From positions 1,799 to 65,798 of the forward strand of contig CANQRC010000001.1 of the NCBI GenBank assembly GCA_947626155.1: DNA of 64,000 nucleotides. Reading direction: 5' to 3'. Shown here in pieces: positions 18,631 to 27,650 of the stretch. The stretch is from an uncultured Clostridia bacterium. Lineage in GTDB: Bacteria; Bacillota; Clostridia; Christensenellales; UBA1242. Position numbers and translations under genes: made by a program. Within the stretch, counting starts at the first letter, position 1. Every line of letters begins with the position of its first letter. The notes beneath the pieces are model-generated. The model ran no database searches. It had not been told where the DNA came from and saw only the letters and a list, made by a program, of their open reading frames with translations.

Positions 18631-19302
18631 ATGAATTACGAAAAAATGGAAACAACAAATTATGGGAGAATTTCTGGGAGAGTTTGCAGCGAGATTTCTC
18701 GCTCGCATGAAATTGAGGGAGAAGCGTTCTTTGAATTTAAACTTGAGGTGGCAAGGCTTTCAAGCGCCATTGACACTATTCCCGTGACAATTTCTGAAAG
18801 GACACTGGTTGGGAAGGCCGTTTCTGTCGGCGACTTTTTAACTTTGGAGGGCGAATACAGAAGTTTCAACAAGGTTATAAATGAAAAAAGCAGGTTGATT
18901 TTGCACTTTTTTGCAAAAAATGTTGAATTTGGCAAGAAAGAAAATGTGAACGAAATCAACCTTAAAGGCTATGTTTGCAAAGAGCCAACTTACCGCAAAA
19001 CGCCCTTTGACAGAGAAATTTGCGACATTCTGCTTGCAGTAAACAGGCCAAATTATCACAAAACTGACTATATTCCTTGTATTTTGTGGGGAAGAAATGC
19101 ACGCTTTATGGCATCTCAGGGTGTGGGGTGCAAGGTTGAACTTTCGGGCAGAATTCAATCCAGAGAATATAAAAAGCAATATGAGGACGGCTCAAGCGAG
19201 AACCTTGTTGCTTATGAAGTTTCTTGTCAAAACATATCAGTTCTTGGCAATGTGACAAGCATAGAAAAAGAAACGGATGCCAAAACTGCCGTTAACAATT
19301 AA
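18631..19302 (+). CDS. SSB-like protein with two tandem OB folds
   Basis: Both halves fit the SSB OB pattern. One example is INLKGYVCKEPTYRKT...YIPCILWGRNARFMASQGVGCKVELSGRIQSREY. There is no acidic C-terminal tip. Confidence 0.55.
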   Translation: MNYEKMETTNYGRISGRVCSEISRSHEIEGEAFFEFKLEVARLSSAIDTIPVTISERTLVGKAVSVGDFLTLEGEYRSFNKVINEKSRLILHFFAKNVEFGKKENVNEINLKGYVCKEPTYRKTPFDREICDILLAVNRPNYHKTDYIPCILWGRNARFMASQGVGCKVELSGRIQSREYKKQYEDGSSENLVAYEVSCQNISVLGNVTSIEKETDAKTAVNN

Positions 19303-19330
19303 AAAAACACGGACAATCCGTGTTTTTATT
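19301..19330. terminator. Bidirectional terminator between convergent genes
   Basis: Stem CACGGA/TCCGTG (19308-19313/19317-19322), flanked by an A7 run upstream and a T-run downstream. Confidence 0.6.
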
Positions 19331-19346
19331 TTAAGCCCATGTCATT

Positions 19347-20849
19347 TTAAAAAAGTGGCTCATCAAAATTTTCTGGAATTGGCAAGTTTAAAAGTTTTAA
19401 AATGGTTGGTGCAATGGATGTGAGAGATTTGCCCTTTTTGAGTTTCGCTTTTTTGTATTTTTCGCTGACAAGTATAACAGGAACAGGGTTTGTGGTGTGA
19501 GTTGTGATTTTGTTTCCGTCTTTGTCAATCATCTCTTCCGCGTTGCCGTGGTCGGCGGTGATTATGCAGTCTCCGCCCGTCATCAGCGTTGCAAGCGCCA
19601 CGGCATAGGCCTGTTTTTCAACGCATTCAATGGCCTCTTTTGCCGCGTTGAAGTTTCCGGTGTGACCAATCATGTCGGGATTGGAGTAGTTTACAATAAT
19701 AAAGTCATATTTCTGGGAGGCAATGGCGTCCAAAACCTCTTGGGTGATTTCAATTGCCCTCATCTTTGGATATTCGCTGAAATCCTTCACGTTTATGCTG
19801 TCAATAAGCTTTCTCTCTTCGCCCTCATATGGCTTTTCAATTGTGCCATTGAAGAAAAAGGTGACATGGGCATATTTTGTGGTCTCGGAAGTGTGAAATT
19901 GCTTTAAGCCGTGCTGTGAGATGATGGCGGAGAGGTTGTCCTCAATTGCCTCTGGGGGATAAAGCGTGTTCACATGGGTGAGTTTGTCGGAATATTGCGT
20001 CATTGTGGTGTAAAGGAAGTTTTTAAGCGGCTTTGTTTTGAACTCTTTGAAATCTTTCAGCGCAAACGCATAAGAAATTTCGCGCGCACGGTCTGAGCGG
20101 AAGTTGAAAAACAGCAAACTGTCGCCGTCTTCAATTTTTGCGTTTTCGTCAATGACGGCAGGGGTGAAGAATTCGTCAGTTTCGCCATCCTCATAGCGCT
20201 TTTCTATTGCCTCTTTGGCTGAGGCAAACTTCTCTGCCTCGCCATAACACAAAACGCGATAGCCTTTCTCAACGCGGTCATATCTGTTTTCGCGGTCCAT
20301 AATTTGAACTCTGCCCATAAGCGTGCCAATTTTTGCGTTTGTGCCTTTGATTTTCTCTTCGGTCATTTCAACAAATTTTTTGCCGTCATGAATGCCTGTG
20401 TCGCGGCCGTCCAAAAAGGCGTGAATATAGATGTTTTTTATCTTGAAATTCTTGGCAAAATCCAAAAGGGCAAAAAGGTGATTTATGTCGGAGTGAACAT
20501 CTCCATTTGAAAGCAGCCCCATAAGGTGAAGATTTGATTTGTTCTTTTCTGCGTGGGTGAGCGCCTTGATTAGGGCTGGATTTTTGAAGAACTTGCCGTT
20601 TTCAATCTCGGTGTTAATAAGCTGAAGATCCTGCAAAATAACCCTTCCTGCGCCAAGCGTCAGGTGACCAACTTCGCTGTTCCCCATTACGCCTTTTGGA
20701 AGCCCAACCGCCTCTCCGCTGGCGGCGATTAGGGTGTGAGGATACATTTTTTTAAGTTTGTCCAAATTTGGCGTGCCCTGGCTTTTTATTGCGTTTCCAA
20801 ACTTTTCTTTTTTCTCTCCAAATCCGTCCAAAATAACAAGTGTGACCAT
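19347..20849 (-). CDS. gpmI: 2,3-bisphosphoglycerate-independent phosphoglycerate mutase
   Basis: MVTLVILDGFG N-terminus, MGNSEVGHLTLGAGR, and ADHGNAE near the C-terminus. Length about 500 aa. GGAGG RBS. Confidence 0.95.
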   Translation of the reverse strand: MVTLVILDGFGEKKEKFGNAIKSQGTPNLDKLKKMYPHTLIAASGEAVGLPKGVMGNSEVGHLTLGAGRVILQDLQLINTEIENGKFFKNPALIKALTHAEKNKSNLHLMGLLSNGDVHSDINHLFALLDFAKNFKIKNIYIHAFLDGRDTGIHDGKKFVEMTEEKIKGTNAKIGTLMGRVQIMDRENRYDRVEKGYRVLCYGEAEKFASAKEAIEKRYEDGETDEFFTPAVIDENAKIEDGDSLLFFNFRSDRAREISYAFALKDFKEFKTKPLKNFLYTTMTQYSDKLTHVNTLYPPEAIEDNLSAIISQHGLKQFHTSETTKYAHVTFFFNGTIEKPYEGEERKLIDSINVKDFSEYPKMRAIEITQEVLDAIASQKYDFIIVNYSNPDMIGHTGNFNAAKEAIECVEKQAYAVALATLMTGGDCIITADHGNAEEMIDKDGNKITTHTTNPVPVILVSEKYKKAKLKKGKSLTSIAPTILKLLNLPIPENFDEPLF

Positions 20850-20916
20850 AAAAGCCTCCTAAAATATTTTCACAATTAAATATACAATTTAAGAGAAAAA
20901 AAGTCAAACAAACTTG

Positions 20917-21270
20917 TTATTTTTTCATGTGTTCGTCAAAAAGTGTGTCGCTTGGCACTTCTTGTTTCTCCTGTGCGGGAAATTCTTGGCTTGGAGCGTT
21001 TGCCGCGGCGTAGGCGGGCTGCTGAGGGGCAGGGGCGGCCTGTTTTTCCTTTTTCTTCTTTCTTTCAAACACCTTAAAAGTGCCTTTGTTTATTATCACT
21101 CTTAGAAGCAGATAAAGCGCGGCAATTCCAAAAAGAATGTAAAAAATCCTTGAAAAAATGCTTGCTTGAAAGCCGAAAAAACCTGCGATGAAGTCATATT
21201 GAAGCATCCCAATCAAAAGCCAATTTATGCATCCAATTATTGTCAGCAAAAAAGCAATAAAAGTTATCAT
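20917..21270 (-). CDS. DUF378 family membrane protein with a Pro/Ala/Gln-rich C-terminal tail
   Basis: LLTIIGCINWLLIGMLQYDFIAGFFG and RIFYILFGIAALY match the DUF378 two-helix core. GGAGG RBS. Confidence 0.75.
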   Translation of the reverse strand: MITFIAFLLTIIGCINWLLIGMLQYDFIAGFFGFQASIFSRIFYILFGIAALYLLLRVIINKGTFKVFERKKKKEKQAAPAPQQPAYAAANAPSQEFPAQEKQEVPSDTLFDEHMKK

Positions 21271-21346
21271 AAAGCCTCCTTTTTGAGTTATTTTTCTGCT
21301 TTTTTGCTATTTTTATTGGGAAAAAGTGAAAAAATTTGAAATTTAG

Positions 21347-21375
21347 TTGACTTTTTTTGTTTTTGTGAATATAAT
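21347..21375 (+). promoter_or_regulatory. Sigma-A-type promoter upstream of greA
   Basis: TTGACT 21347-21352, a 17-nt spacer, TATAAT 21370-21375. Confidence 0.6.
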
Positions 21376-21469
21376 ATTGTTGTTTTAAATTTTTCCAAAT
21401 AGAATTTTGTCGTGGAAACATGGCGATTTTTTTTGAATTTAAAACAGACAAAATATAAGGAGCGAGATT

Positions 21470-21940
21470 ATGGAAAAACATTATTTAACACCTGAAGGAA
21501 AAGCACAACTTGAAGAAAAGTTGAATTATTATAAAACCGTAAGAAGGCCAGAAGTTGTAAAAAGAATTGGAATTGCAAGAGAGTTTGGAGACCTTTCTGA
21601 AAACAGCGAATATGACGCAGCAAAAGACGAGCAGGCTCAGGTTGAGGCAGAAATTGCCGAGATGGAAAACATTCTTCTTCACGCAGAAGTTATTGATAAG
21701 AAAAAGTTGAACAAAGACGTTGTGTCAGTTGGATGCAAGGTTACTCTTTTTGATGAGGAATTTGACGAAGAGGTGGAATACAGAATTTCTGGCTCTTCTG
21801 AAAGCGACCCAAGAAACGGAATTATAAGCAATGTTTCACCTGTTGGAAAGGCTGTTATTGGGCACTCTAAGGGCGAAACAATCACCGTTCAAACCCCAGG
21901 CGGCAAGACAAACTACAAGATTGTTAGAATTGAAGTTTAA
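21470..21940 (+). CDS. greA: Transcription elongation factor GreA
   Basis: LTPEGKAQLEEKLNYYK...RPEVVKRIGIAREFGDLSENSEYDAAKDEQ is the GreA coiled-coil signature. Length 156 aa. Confidence 0.93.
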   Translation: MEKHYLTPEGKAQLEEKLNYYKTVRRPEVVKRIGIAREFGDLSENSEYDAAKDEQAQVEAEIAEMENILLHAEVIDKKKLNKDVVSVGCKVTLFDEEFDEEVEYRISGSSESDPRNGIISNVSPVGKAVIGHSKGETITVQTPGGKTNYKIVRIEV

Positions 21941-22032
21941 TCCGGCAAAAATTTTTGCTGAAACTCTTTCTTTTTGTTTGCTTTTTTAAATCTTTTTTGC
22001 TAAACTAATTTCAAGAAAGTTAGGGAAATTTT

Positions 22033-22956
22033 ATGAGTTTTATCTATTCACTAAAACTTTTTGGTTGTAATTGGGCAAAGGCTCTCAAACTGTTTTTATA
22101 TTATTTGATTGTTTGGGGAGTGTGCATTTGCCTTCTTTTGCCTTGCTTTTTTGCTTTTAGGGATTTGATTGTTGCAGGAATTAAATCAACTGACCTCTCT
22201 TCTTCCTTCTCTGGAGTGTTTAAAGGCACGCTGGGCGTGGGGCTGCACAATGTGGCAAAAGGCTCTTTTGGAATTTTGACCGATGTTTTCTCTTCAAACC
22301 TTGGGCTTTTCATTTATGGGATAATTGTTGTGTTTATCCTGATGCCATTTTTGCTTAACATTGGAAAATACACTTTCTGCTCTATGCTTTACTACTATAT
22401 GACAAGCAAAAGCAAGGTCGGCTTTTGTGGAACAATGATTAAAACGCTTAAAAATTCCACTTGCTTTGCCGCTGTCAAAGTGTTTCACAACCTCTTCTTC
22501 CTGTGTGCAATGTTTGTGAGCGTGTATGCGCTGGCGCTTATTGAAAACAGCCTGTTTTACACTCACTTCTTGCCTTGGGTGGCGTTTGTTGTGCTTGTGC
22601 TGCTTTTCACGGTGGAACAAATTCTTGTTTTGGGCTGGTGTCCTGCAATGGTGGTGTTCAACTCAAATGTCTTTGTGGCTTATCAAAAGGGCTTCAAGGC
22701 GGTTAAAAGGCACTTTTTAACAACTCTTGGCACAACGGTTTTGTATTTTGCGCTGTTCTGGGCGTTTGTGTTCATCTTTGGCGTGTTCACAATGACGGTG
22801 CTTGTGCCACTTATGACCATTCTTCTTTGCGTGTATAATATGGTTGCTTTCTTCATCAGCCAGGGCATGAGGTTCTACATTGACGCAAACAACATTTTGA
22901 CGCCAAAAAAACTTGAAGAAGTTGACAATATAAACAAAACTGCATTTATTTTATAA
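22033..22956 (+). CDS. Hypothetical polytopic membrane protein
   Basis: Six or more hydrophobic helices. No family recognised. Confidence 0.6.
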   Translation: MSFIYSLKLFGCNWAKALKLFLYYLIVWGVCICLLLPCFFAFRDLIVAGIKSTDLSSSFSGVFKGTLGVGLHNVAKGSFGILTDVFSSNLGLFIYGIIVVFILMPFLLNIGKYTFCSMLYYYMTSKSKVGFCGTMIKTLKNSTCFAAVKVFHNLFFLCAMFVSVYALALIENSLFYTHFLPWVAFVVLVLLFTVEQILVLGWCPAMVVFNSNVFVAYQKGFKAVKRHFLTTLGTTVLYFALFWAFVFIFGVFTMTVLVPLMTILLCVYNMVAFFISQGMRFYIDANNILTPKKLEEVDNINKTAFIL

Positions 22957-23031
22957 GGTTTTGTTTTACATAAAATTTATTTTTATGCAATAAGTGTTTT
23001 CGCACTTAAAATATTTATTTAAGGAGAAAAA

Positions 23032-24690
23032 ATGAATAACAACAAACTGAAAATCACCTTTTTGGGCGGTGTGGGTGAAATTGGAAAAAACATGACCGCT
23101 TTTGAATTTAATGACGAGATTATTGTGGTTGACGCGGGCTTGACTTTCCCGGGGGACGATCTGCCGGGGATTGATGTGGTCATTCCAGATTTTTCTTATC
23201 TTATCAACAACAAGGATAAGGTTAAGGCAATCATTTTGACGCACGGTCACGAGGACCATATTGGCGCCGTTCCTTTTCTTTTGGAGCAAATAAAAGCGCC
23301 AATTTATGGGTCTAGGCTGACGCTTGCGCTGGTTGAAAACAAGATGAAAGAGCATCCAAAGGTAAGCTATAAGGCAATCACCGTCAAGCCAAAAAATGTG
23401 CTTAAAATTGGGCCTTTTGCAGTGGAATTTATTAAGGTTTCGCACTCAATTGCGGGAAGTTTGGCGCTTTGCATAAGCACGCCTGTTGGAAACGTCATCC
23501 ACACCGGCGACTTCAAGATTGATTTTGAGCCTATTGACGGCGTTATGACCGATTTGCAAAGATTCGGCGAACTTGGGAAGAAGGGCGTGAACCTTTTGAT
23601 GTGCGAAAGCACAAACGTTTGCCGTCCGGGCTATTCCATGAGCGAAAAGAGCGTTGGACGAGCCTTGGAAGAAATCTTTAAAACCCACACGGAAAACAGA
23701 ATTATTGTGGCAACTTTTGCCTCGAACATCCACAGACTTCAACAAATTTTGAACCTTGCTGAAAAGTATGGCAGGCGCGTGGCTTTCACGGGCAGAAGCA
23801 TGATAAACATCACTGAAGTGGGCATGAAAATTGGGGAGATTTCCTTCAACAAAAACATTTTGGTGGACATTGACAAAATTGACAAACTTGCCGACAAGGA
23901 ACTTTTGATTGTCACAACGGGAAGCCAGGGCGAGCCTCTTTCTGCGCTCACGCGCATGGCTGCCGGCGAATTTAAACAAATCAAAATTGGCGAGAATGAC
24001 CTTATTGTCTTCTCTTCTTCACCAATTCCGGGGAACGAAAAAAGCGTTTATAACGTGATAAATTCTCTCTTCCAAAAGGGCGCGGACGTGATTTATGACG
24101 AACTTCAAGATGTTCACGCCTCGGGGCACGCCTGCCAAGAGGAAATCAAGACCATTCACGCACTGACAAAGCCAAAATTTTTCATGCCAATTCACGGCGA
24201 ATACAGGCATTTGAGGATGCACAAACAACTTGCCATGAGCCTTGGCATGGAGGAGCGAAACATCATTATGCCAACGCTTGGCGCGCAGATTGAGCTTACT
24301 GCAAATTCTATGAAAAAAGTGGGCTTCACAACCGCCGGGCAGAGGCTTATTGACGGCTACGGAATTGGCGACATGGACAGCAACGTTCTAAGGGAGCGCA
24401 AACAACTTTCTGAGGACGGAATTTGCATTGTTGTTATGACAATCAACAACGTTTCGGGCGAGGTGGTCAGCGACCCATTCATCATCACAAGAGGTGTGGT
24501 TTATCAAGACGAGGCGGAGGCGTTTGTGCAAGACACAAGAAACATGATTATTGCCTCACTCAAAGAGCAAGACCTTCGCGGCTGCGAGCCATCAATCATC
24601 AAAAATACCATAAAAAGAAATGTTTCAAACTTCATTTTCAAGCGCACCAAAAGACGCCCAATGATTTTGACAATTGTGCTTTTGGATTAG
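23032..24690 (+). CDS. rnj: Ribonuclease J
   Basis: Metallo-beta-lactamase/beta-CASP protein with ILTHGHEDHIGAVPFL, HTGDFKID and HASGHACQEE. Length about 550 aa. Confidence 0.93.
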   Translation: MNNNKLKITFLGGVGEIGKNMTAFEFNDEIIVVDAGLTFPGDDLPGIDVVIPDFSYLINNKDKVKAIILTHGHEDHIGAVPFLLEQIKAPIYGSRLTLALVENKMKEHPKVSYKAITVKPKNVLKIGPFAVEFIKVSHSIAGSLALCISTPVGNVIHTGDFKIDFEPIDGVMTDLQRFGELGKKGVNLLMCESTNVCRPGYSMSEKSVGRALEEIFKTHTENRIIVATFASNIHRLQQILNLAEKYGRRVAFTGRSMINITEVGMKIGEISFNKNILVDIDKIDKLADKELLIVTTGSQGEPLSALTRMAAGEFKQIKIGENDLIVFSSSPIPGNEKSVYNVINSLFQKGADVIYDELQDVHASGHACQEEIKTIHALTKPKFFMPIHGEYRHLRMHKQLAMSLGMEERNIIMPTLGAQIELTANSMKKVGFTTAGQRLIDGYGIGDMDSNVLRERKQLSEDGICIVVMTINNVSGEVVSDPFIITRGVVYQDEAEAFVQDTRNMIIASLKEQDLRGCEPSIIKNTIKRNVSNFIFKRTKRRPMILTIVLLD

Positions 24691-24693
24691 AAC

Positions 24694-25266
24694 ATGAGAA
24701 AGGAAGATTTTGTTGGCTTTGAAAGGCACGAATACAATCCCATTTTAAGGCCGGAGACTGAAAAACTTTTAGGAAGTTTGATTTTGCAGCACAAGCCAAA
24801 GACAATTTTGGAAATTGGCACTTTTATTGGCTATTCGGCAAGCGTAATGCTTGAGAAAAGTGACGCTTTTTTGACAACCGTTGAAATTGACCCACAAAAT
24901 GCACGTGACGCGCGTGAGAATTTGAAGGATTTTGAGGGCAGATTTGAGATTGTTTGCGCCGATGCAGGGCAGTTTTTGAAGCAAAACAACAAAAAGTTTG
25001 ATTTCATTTTTCTGGATGGTCCAAAGGGGCAGTATAAAAATTATTTTCCATATTTAAAAAAGTTTTTGAATGTGGGCGGAGTGCTTGTGGCAGACGACAT
25101 CTTGTTCTATGGACTTGTTGGCTCAAACGAGCCGGTGAAACATAAACACCGCTCTATTGTGAACAATTTGCGCACATTTTTAAGCACTTTACAGGCGGAC
25201 GAAGATTTTGACACGCAAATTTTTGACTTTGAGGATGGCGTCAGCGTGAGCATAAGAAAAAAATAA
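24694..25266 (+). CDS. Class I SAM-dependent O-methyltransferase (family 3, YrrM/TrmR-like)
   Basis: ILEIGTFIGYSA SAM-binding loop and FDFIFLDGPKGQY. Starts 3 nt after the rnj stop. Confidence 0.78.
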   Translation: MRKEDFVGFERHEYNPILRPETEKLLGSLILQHKPKTILEIGTFIGYSASVMLEKSDAFLTTVEIDPQNARDARENLKDFEGRFEIVCADAGQFLKQNNKKFDFIFLDGPKGQYKNYFPYLKKFLNVGGVLVADDILFYGLVGSNEPVKHKHRSIVNNLRTFLSTLQADEDFDTQIFDFEDGVSVSIRKK

Positions 25267-25287
25267 AAGCAGGAGACTGCTTTTTTT
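25266..25287 (+). terminator. Rho-independent terminator
   Basis: Stem AAAGCAG/CTGCTTT with a GAGA loop and a T-run. Confidence 0.55.
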
Positions 25288-25317
25288 GTTGTTTGTCAGT
25301 TTTTTTTGGCTTTTAGT

Positions 25318-25345
25318 TTGATTTATTGTTAAAATTTGTTACAAT
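25318..25345 (+). promoter_or_regulatory. Sigma-A-type promoter abutting the ATG (leaderless candidate)
   Basis: TTGATT 25318-25323, a 16-nt spacer, TGT-TACAAT (25337-25345). ATG 25352 follows 6 nt after the -10 element with no SD. Confidence 0.5.
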
Positions 25346-25351
25346 AGACTT

Positions 25352-25921
25352 ATGGAATTTGAAATTCAAATCATTAAGTTTTTGCAGGAAGGCAGAACGC
25401 CATTTCTTGATGGGTTTTATCAAATAGTTTCAAACTTTGGCACTTATTTTGGCGCGGCGGCACTGATTATTTTGCTGCTTATCTTCAACAGGCGGCTCTG
25501 CTTTTGGTATTTGTTTTCCTACGGCTTTGTTTATCTTGTGAACAATGTGCTTATTAAAAACATTGTGCAAAGGCCAAGGCCTTTTGAGGTTAGCAGCGAG
25601 ATTTCGAATCTTGGGGATGTGGTCACCGATTTCAGTTTCCCAAGCGGACACATTGCCTGCGCAACGGCAATTGCAATCTTTTTGGGGTATTTCCTTTTTG
25701 AGATTTACAAAAAACGAAATCAGCGAATTTGGATTGTTTTTGGCTGCGGATTGTATGTTTTGCTTGTGGCAATTTCGAGGATGTATCTTGGCAAACACTA
25801 TCTAAGCGACCTCATGGGCGGCTTTGCAATTTCGGGGATAATTTGCGTTCTTGGGATAATGTTTATGAAGTTTTACTACAAAAAGAAAAAAGAGGAAAAA
25901 GCGGATGAAGATAAAAGTTGA
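25352..25921 (+). CDS. PAP2 superfamily phosphatase (membrane lipid-phosphate / undecaprenyl-diphosphate phosphatase type)
   Basis: PAP2 motifs are present: KNIVQRPRP, FPSGH, SRMYLGKHYLSD. Confidence 0.83.
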   Translation: MEFEIQIIKFLQEGRTPFLDGFYQIVSNFGTYFGAAALIILLLIFNRRLCFWYLFSYGFVYLVNNVLIKNIVQRPRPFEVSSEISNLGDVVTDFSFPSGHIACATAIAIFLGYFLFEIYKKRNQRIWIVFGCGLYVLLVAISRMYLGKHYLSDLMGGFAISGIICVLGIMFMKFYYKKKKEEKADEDKS

Positions 25922-26333
25922 TGTTTTTGGCATTGAGCAACTTTCCAAACTTGCCCAGGCGTTTGCAAAGGCGTTAAACGCGCCAAAAATCATCCTGCTA
26001 AAAGGGGACTTGGGCAGCGGCAAAACAACTTTTGTGAAAGAAGTTGTAAAATTTTTGGGTTGTGACCAGCCTGTTACAAGCCCAACATTCACGCTTTTGA
26101 ATGTTTATGACGCAAAGCAGAAGATTTATCATTTTGATATGTATAGGCTCTCTTCACGCGAGGAGGCCGAGGCGGTTGGCTTTGCCGAATATTTTGACAA
26201 AGAAAAACTTGACGGAATTGTTTTTGTTGAGTGGCCGGAAAATGTTGAGGGGCTGATTAAAAAGGCGGATTTTGTGGTGACAATAACAAAACTTTCTGAC
26301 CGCGCGCGAAGAATTATTATTGAGGGAGAATAA
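25905..26333 (+). CDS. tsaE: tRNA t6A biosynthesis ATPase TsaE
   Basis: GDLGSGKTTFVK P-loop and TSPTFTLLNVY...YHFDMYRL. Overlaps the preceding gene by 17 nt. Confidence 0.9.
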   Translation: MKIKVDVFGIEQLSKLAQAFAKALNAPKIILLKGDLGSGKTTFVKEVVKFLGCDQPVTSPTFTLLNVYDAKQKIYHFDMYRLSSREEAEAVGFAEYFDKEKLDGIVFVEWPENVEGLIKKADFVVTITKLSDRARRIIIEGE

Positions 26334-26335
26334 AA

Positions 26336-26971
26336 ATGCTGGCAATAAACACTGCGTTTGTGAAAGCCGACCTTGCGCTTGAAACAAACGGCAAAACCTA
26401 TTTTAAGACGCTTGACGCCGAGGCAAAACACTCCGAAAATGTGCTGAAAAACATAGACGAGCTTTGCACTGAGGCGGAAGTGGATGTTTTGGATGTGAAA
26501 ACCGTTGCCGTTGTGACGGGTCCGGGGTCTTTTACGGGGCTGAGGATTGGCGTTGCCATTGCAAAGGCGCTTGGCTGCGCGGATAAAAAGCTGAAATTTA
26601 TCTCTTTGTCCTCTTTGGAGCTTATGGCATATACTATTGCAAAGCAAAATTTGTGCAAAGAAAATTTTTGTTGTATAATAAACGCGCTTTCGGGCAATTA
26701 TTTTGTGGCAGAATTTGACGCCTCGGGCAAGAGGCTGAGCGAGGACAGAATGGTGGGCGAGGGTGAACTTTCCGCTTTTGAGAACCCATTTGTGCTTTCT
26801 GGTGACACAAAGTTTGATTTTCCTGCAATATCTCTTTCCGCACAAATGCTTTTGGGTTTTGCAAAGGAAAAAGAGGCAAAGGGCGAGTATATTTTGCTTG
26901 AAGACCTGCTTCCAGAATATATCAGGCCATCTCAAGCGGAGGACAACCTGAAAAAAAGTAAAAAATGTTAG
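26336..26971 (+). CDS. tsaB: tRNA t6A biosynthesis protein TsaB
   Basis: LAINTA...GPGSFTGLRIGVAIAKAL signature. Directly follows tsaE. Confidence 0.87.
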   Translation: MLAINTAFVKADLALETNGKTYFKTLDAEAKHSENVLKNIDELCTEAEVDVLDVKTVAVVTGPGSFTGLRIGVAIAKALGCADKKLKFISLSSLELMAYTIAKQNLCKENFCCIINALSGNYFVAEFDASGKRLSEDRMVGEGELSAFENPFVLSGDTKFDFPAISLSAQMLLGFAKEKEAKGEYILLEDLLPEYIRPSQAEDNLKKSKKC

Positions 26972-26980
26972 TAAAATCAT

Positions 26981-27009
26981 TTGACAATAAATATAAATAC
27001 TTGTAGAAT
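26981..27009 (+). promoter_or_regulatory. Sigma-A-type promoter
   Basis: TTGACA 26981-26986, a 17-nt spacer, TG-TAGAAT (27002-27009). Confidence 0.55.
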
Positions 27010-27030
27010 ACTCAAAGAAAAGGAGAAATT

Positions 27031-27567
27031 ATGAAAAAACCTGTTTATATTAGATGCCCAAGATGTGAACTTAACTATATTGAAAAGAAAGACAAACTTT
27101 GCAGCGTCTGCAAGGCGGAACTTTCTGCTAAGCACGACGAACTTATTGGCGACCTTGATTTGGAGCTTTGCCCAATTTGCAAGACAAACTATATTCAGCC
27201 AGACGAAATTATGTGCCCAACGTGCCTAAAAGAACATCATTCCGAAGAGGACGATGTTGGAAATGATTGGGAAGATTATCTCAACCGCGACGAAGAGGAA
27301 GTTGTGTATGACGACGAGGAGACGGGCGATATGGCGTCTGTTACAGACCTTGATGACGACATAATTGACGACGACCTTGACACGGGCATTGGCTTTGACG
27401 ACAGGCTTGACGACGGCGCGCTTGATGACGACTTGGATTCTGAACTTGACGAAGAGTTTGGCGACGACCTCGACGAGGAAGACGAAGACGACCTTGACGA
27501 CGAGGAAGATGAAGATGACGACGATGACGATGATGATTTAGATGATGATGACGACGACGATTTTTAA
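27031..27567 (+). CDS. Double zinc-ribbon protein with a hyper-acidic Asp/Glu C-terminal half
   Basis: Four CxxC pairs (CPRC, CSVC, CPIC, CPTC) lie in the first 70 aa. About 100 residues follow that are almost entirely D/E. AAGGAG RBS. Confidence 0.7.
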   Translation: MKKPVYIRCPRCELNYIEKKDKLCSVCKAELSAKHDELIGDLDLELCPICKTNYIQPDEIMCPTCLKEHHSEEDDVGNDWEDYLNRDEEEVVYDDEETGDMASVTDLDDDIIDDDLDTGIGFDDRLDDGALDDDLDSELDEEFGDDLDEEDEDDLDDEEDEDDDDDDDDLDDDDDDDF

Positions 27568-27589
27568 AAAGAGGTTTTCCTCTTTTTTT
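27566..27589 (+). terminator. Rho-independent terminator
   Basis: AAAAAGAGG-TTTT-CCTCTTTTT hairpin directly after the stop codon. Confidence 0.65.
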
Positions 27590-27616
27590 ATTATTTTTTA
27601 ATTTTGATTTTTAAAA

Positions 27617-27650
27617 AGAAAAAAGCCTCTTTATTTAAGAGGCCTTTTTG
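27617..27650 (-). terminator. Rho-independent terminator of the large surface-protein gene
   Basis: Stem GCCTCTT/AAGAGGC (27625-27631/27637-27643), flanked by A- and T-runs. Confidence 0.6.

Noticed and set aside
21376-21469. A possible attenuator or small RNA in the greA leader (GGCGATTTTTTTT), by analogy with the E. coli greA leader.
   Set aside because: The stem before the T-run is only 3-4 bp, so there is not enough structure to call a terminator.
26129-26980. A 283-aa antisense ORF over tsaE/tsaB. Similar long antisense ORFs occur at 5034-5801 (alaS), 16774-17466 (parC-like) and 47480-48214 (smc).
   Set aside because: The explanation is the same: codon-aligned shadow frames of well-supported sense genes. 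None has translation signals or a recognisable domain.
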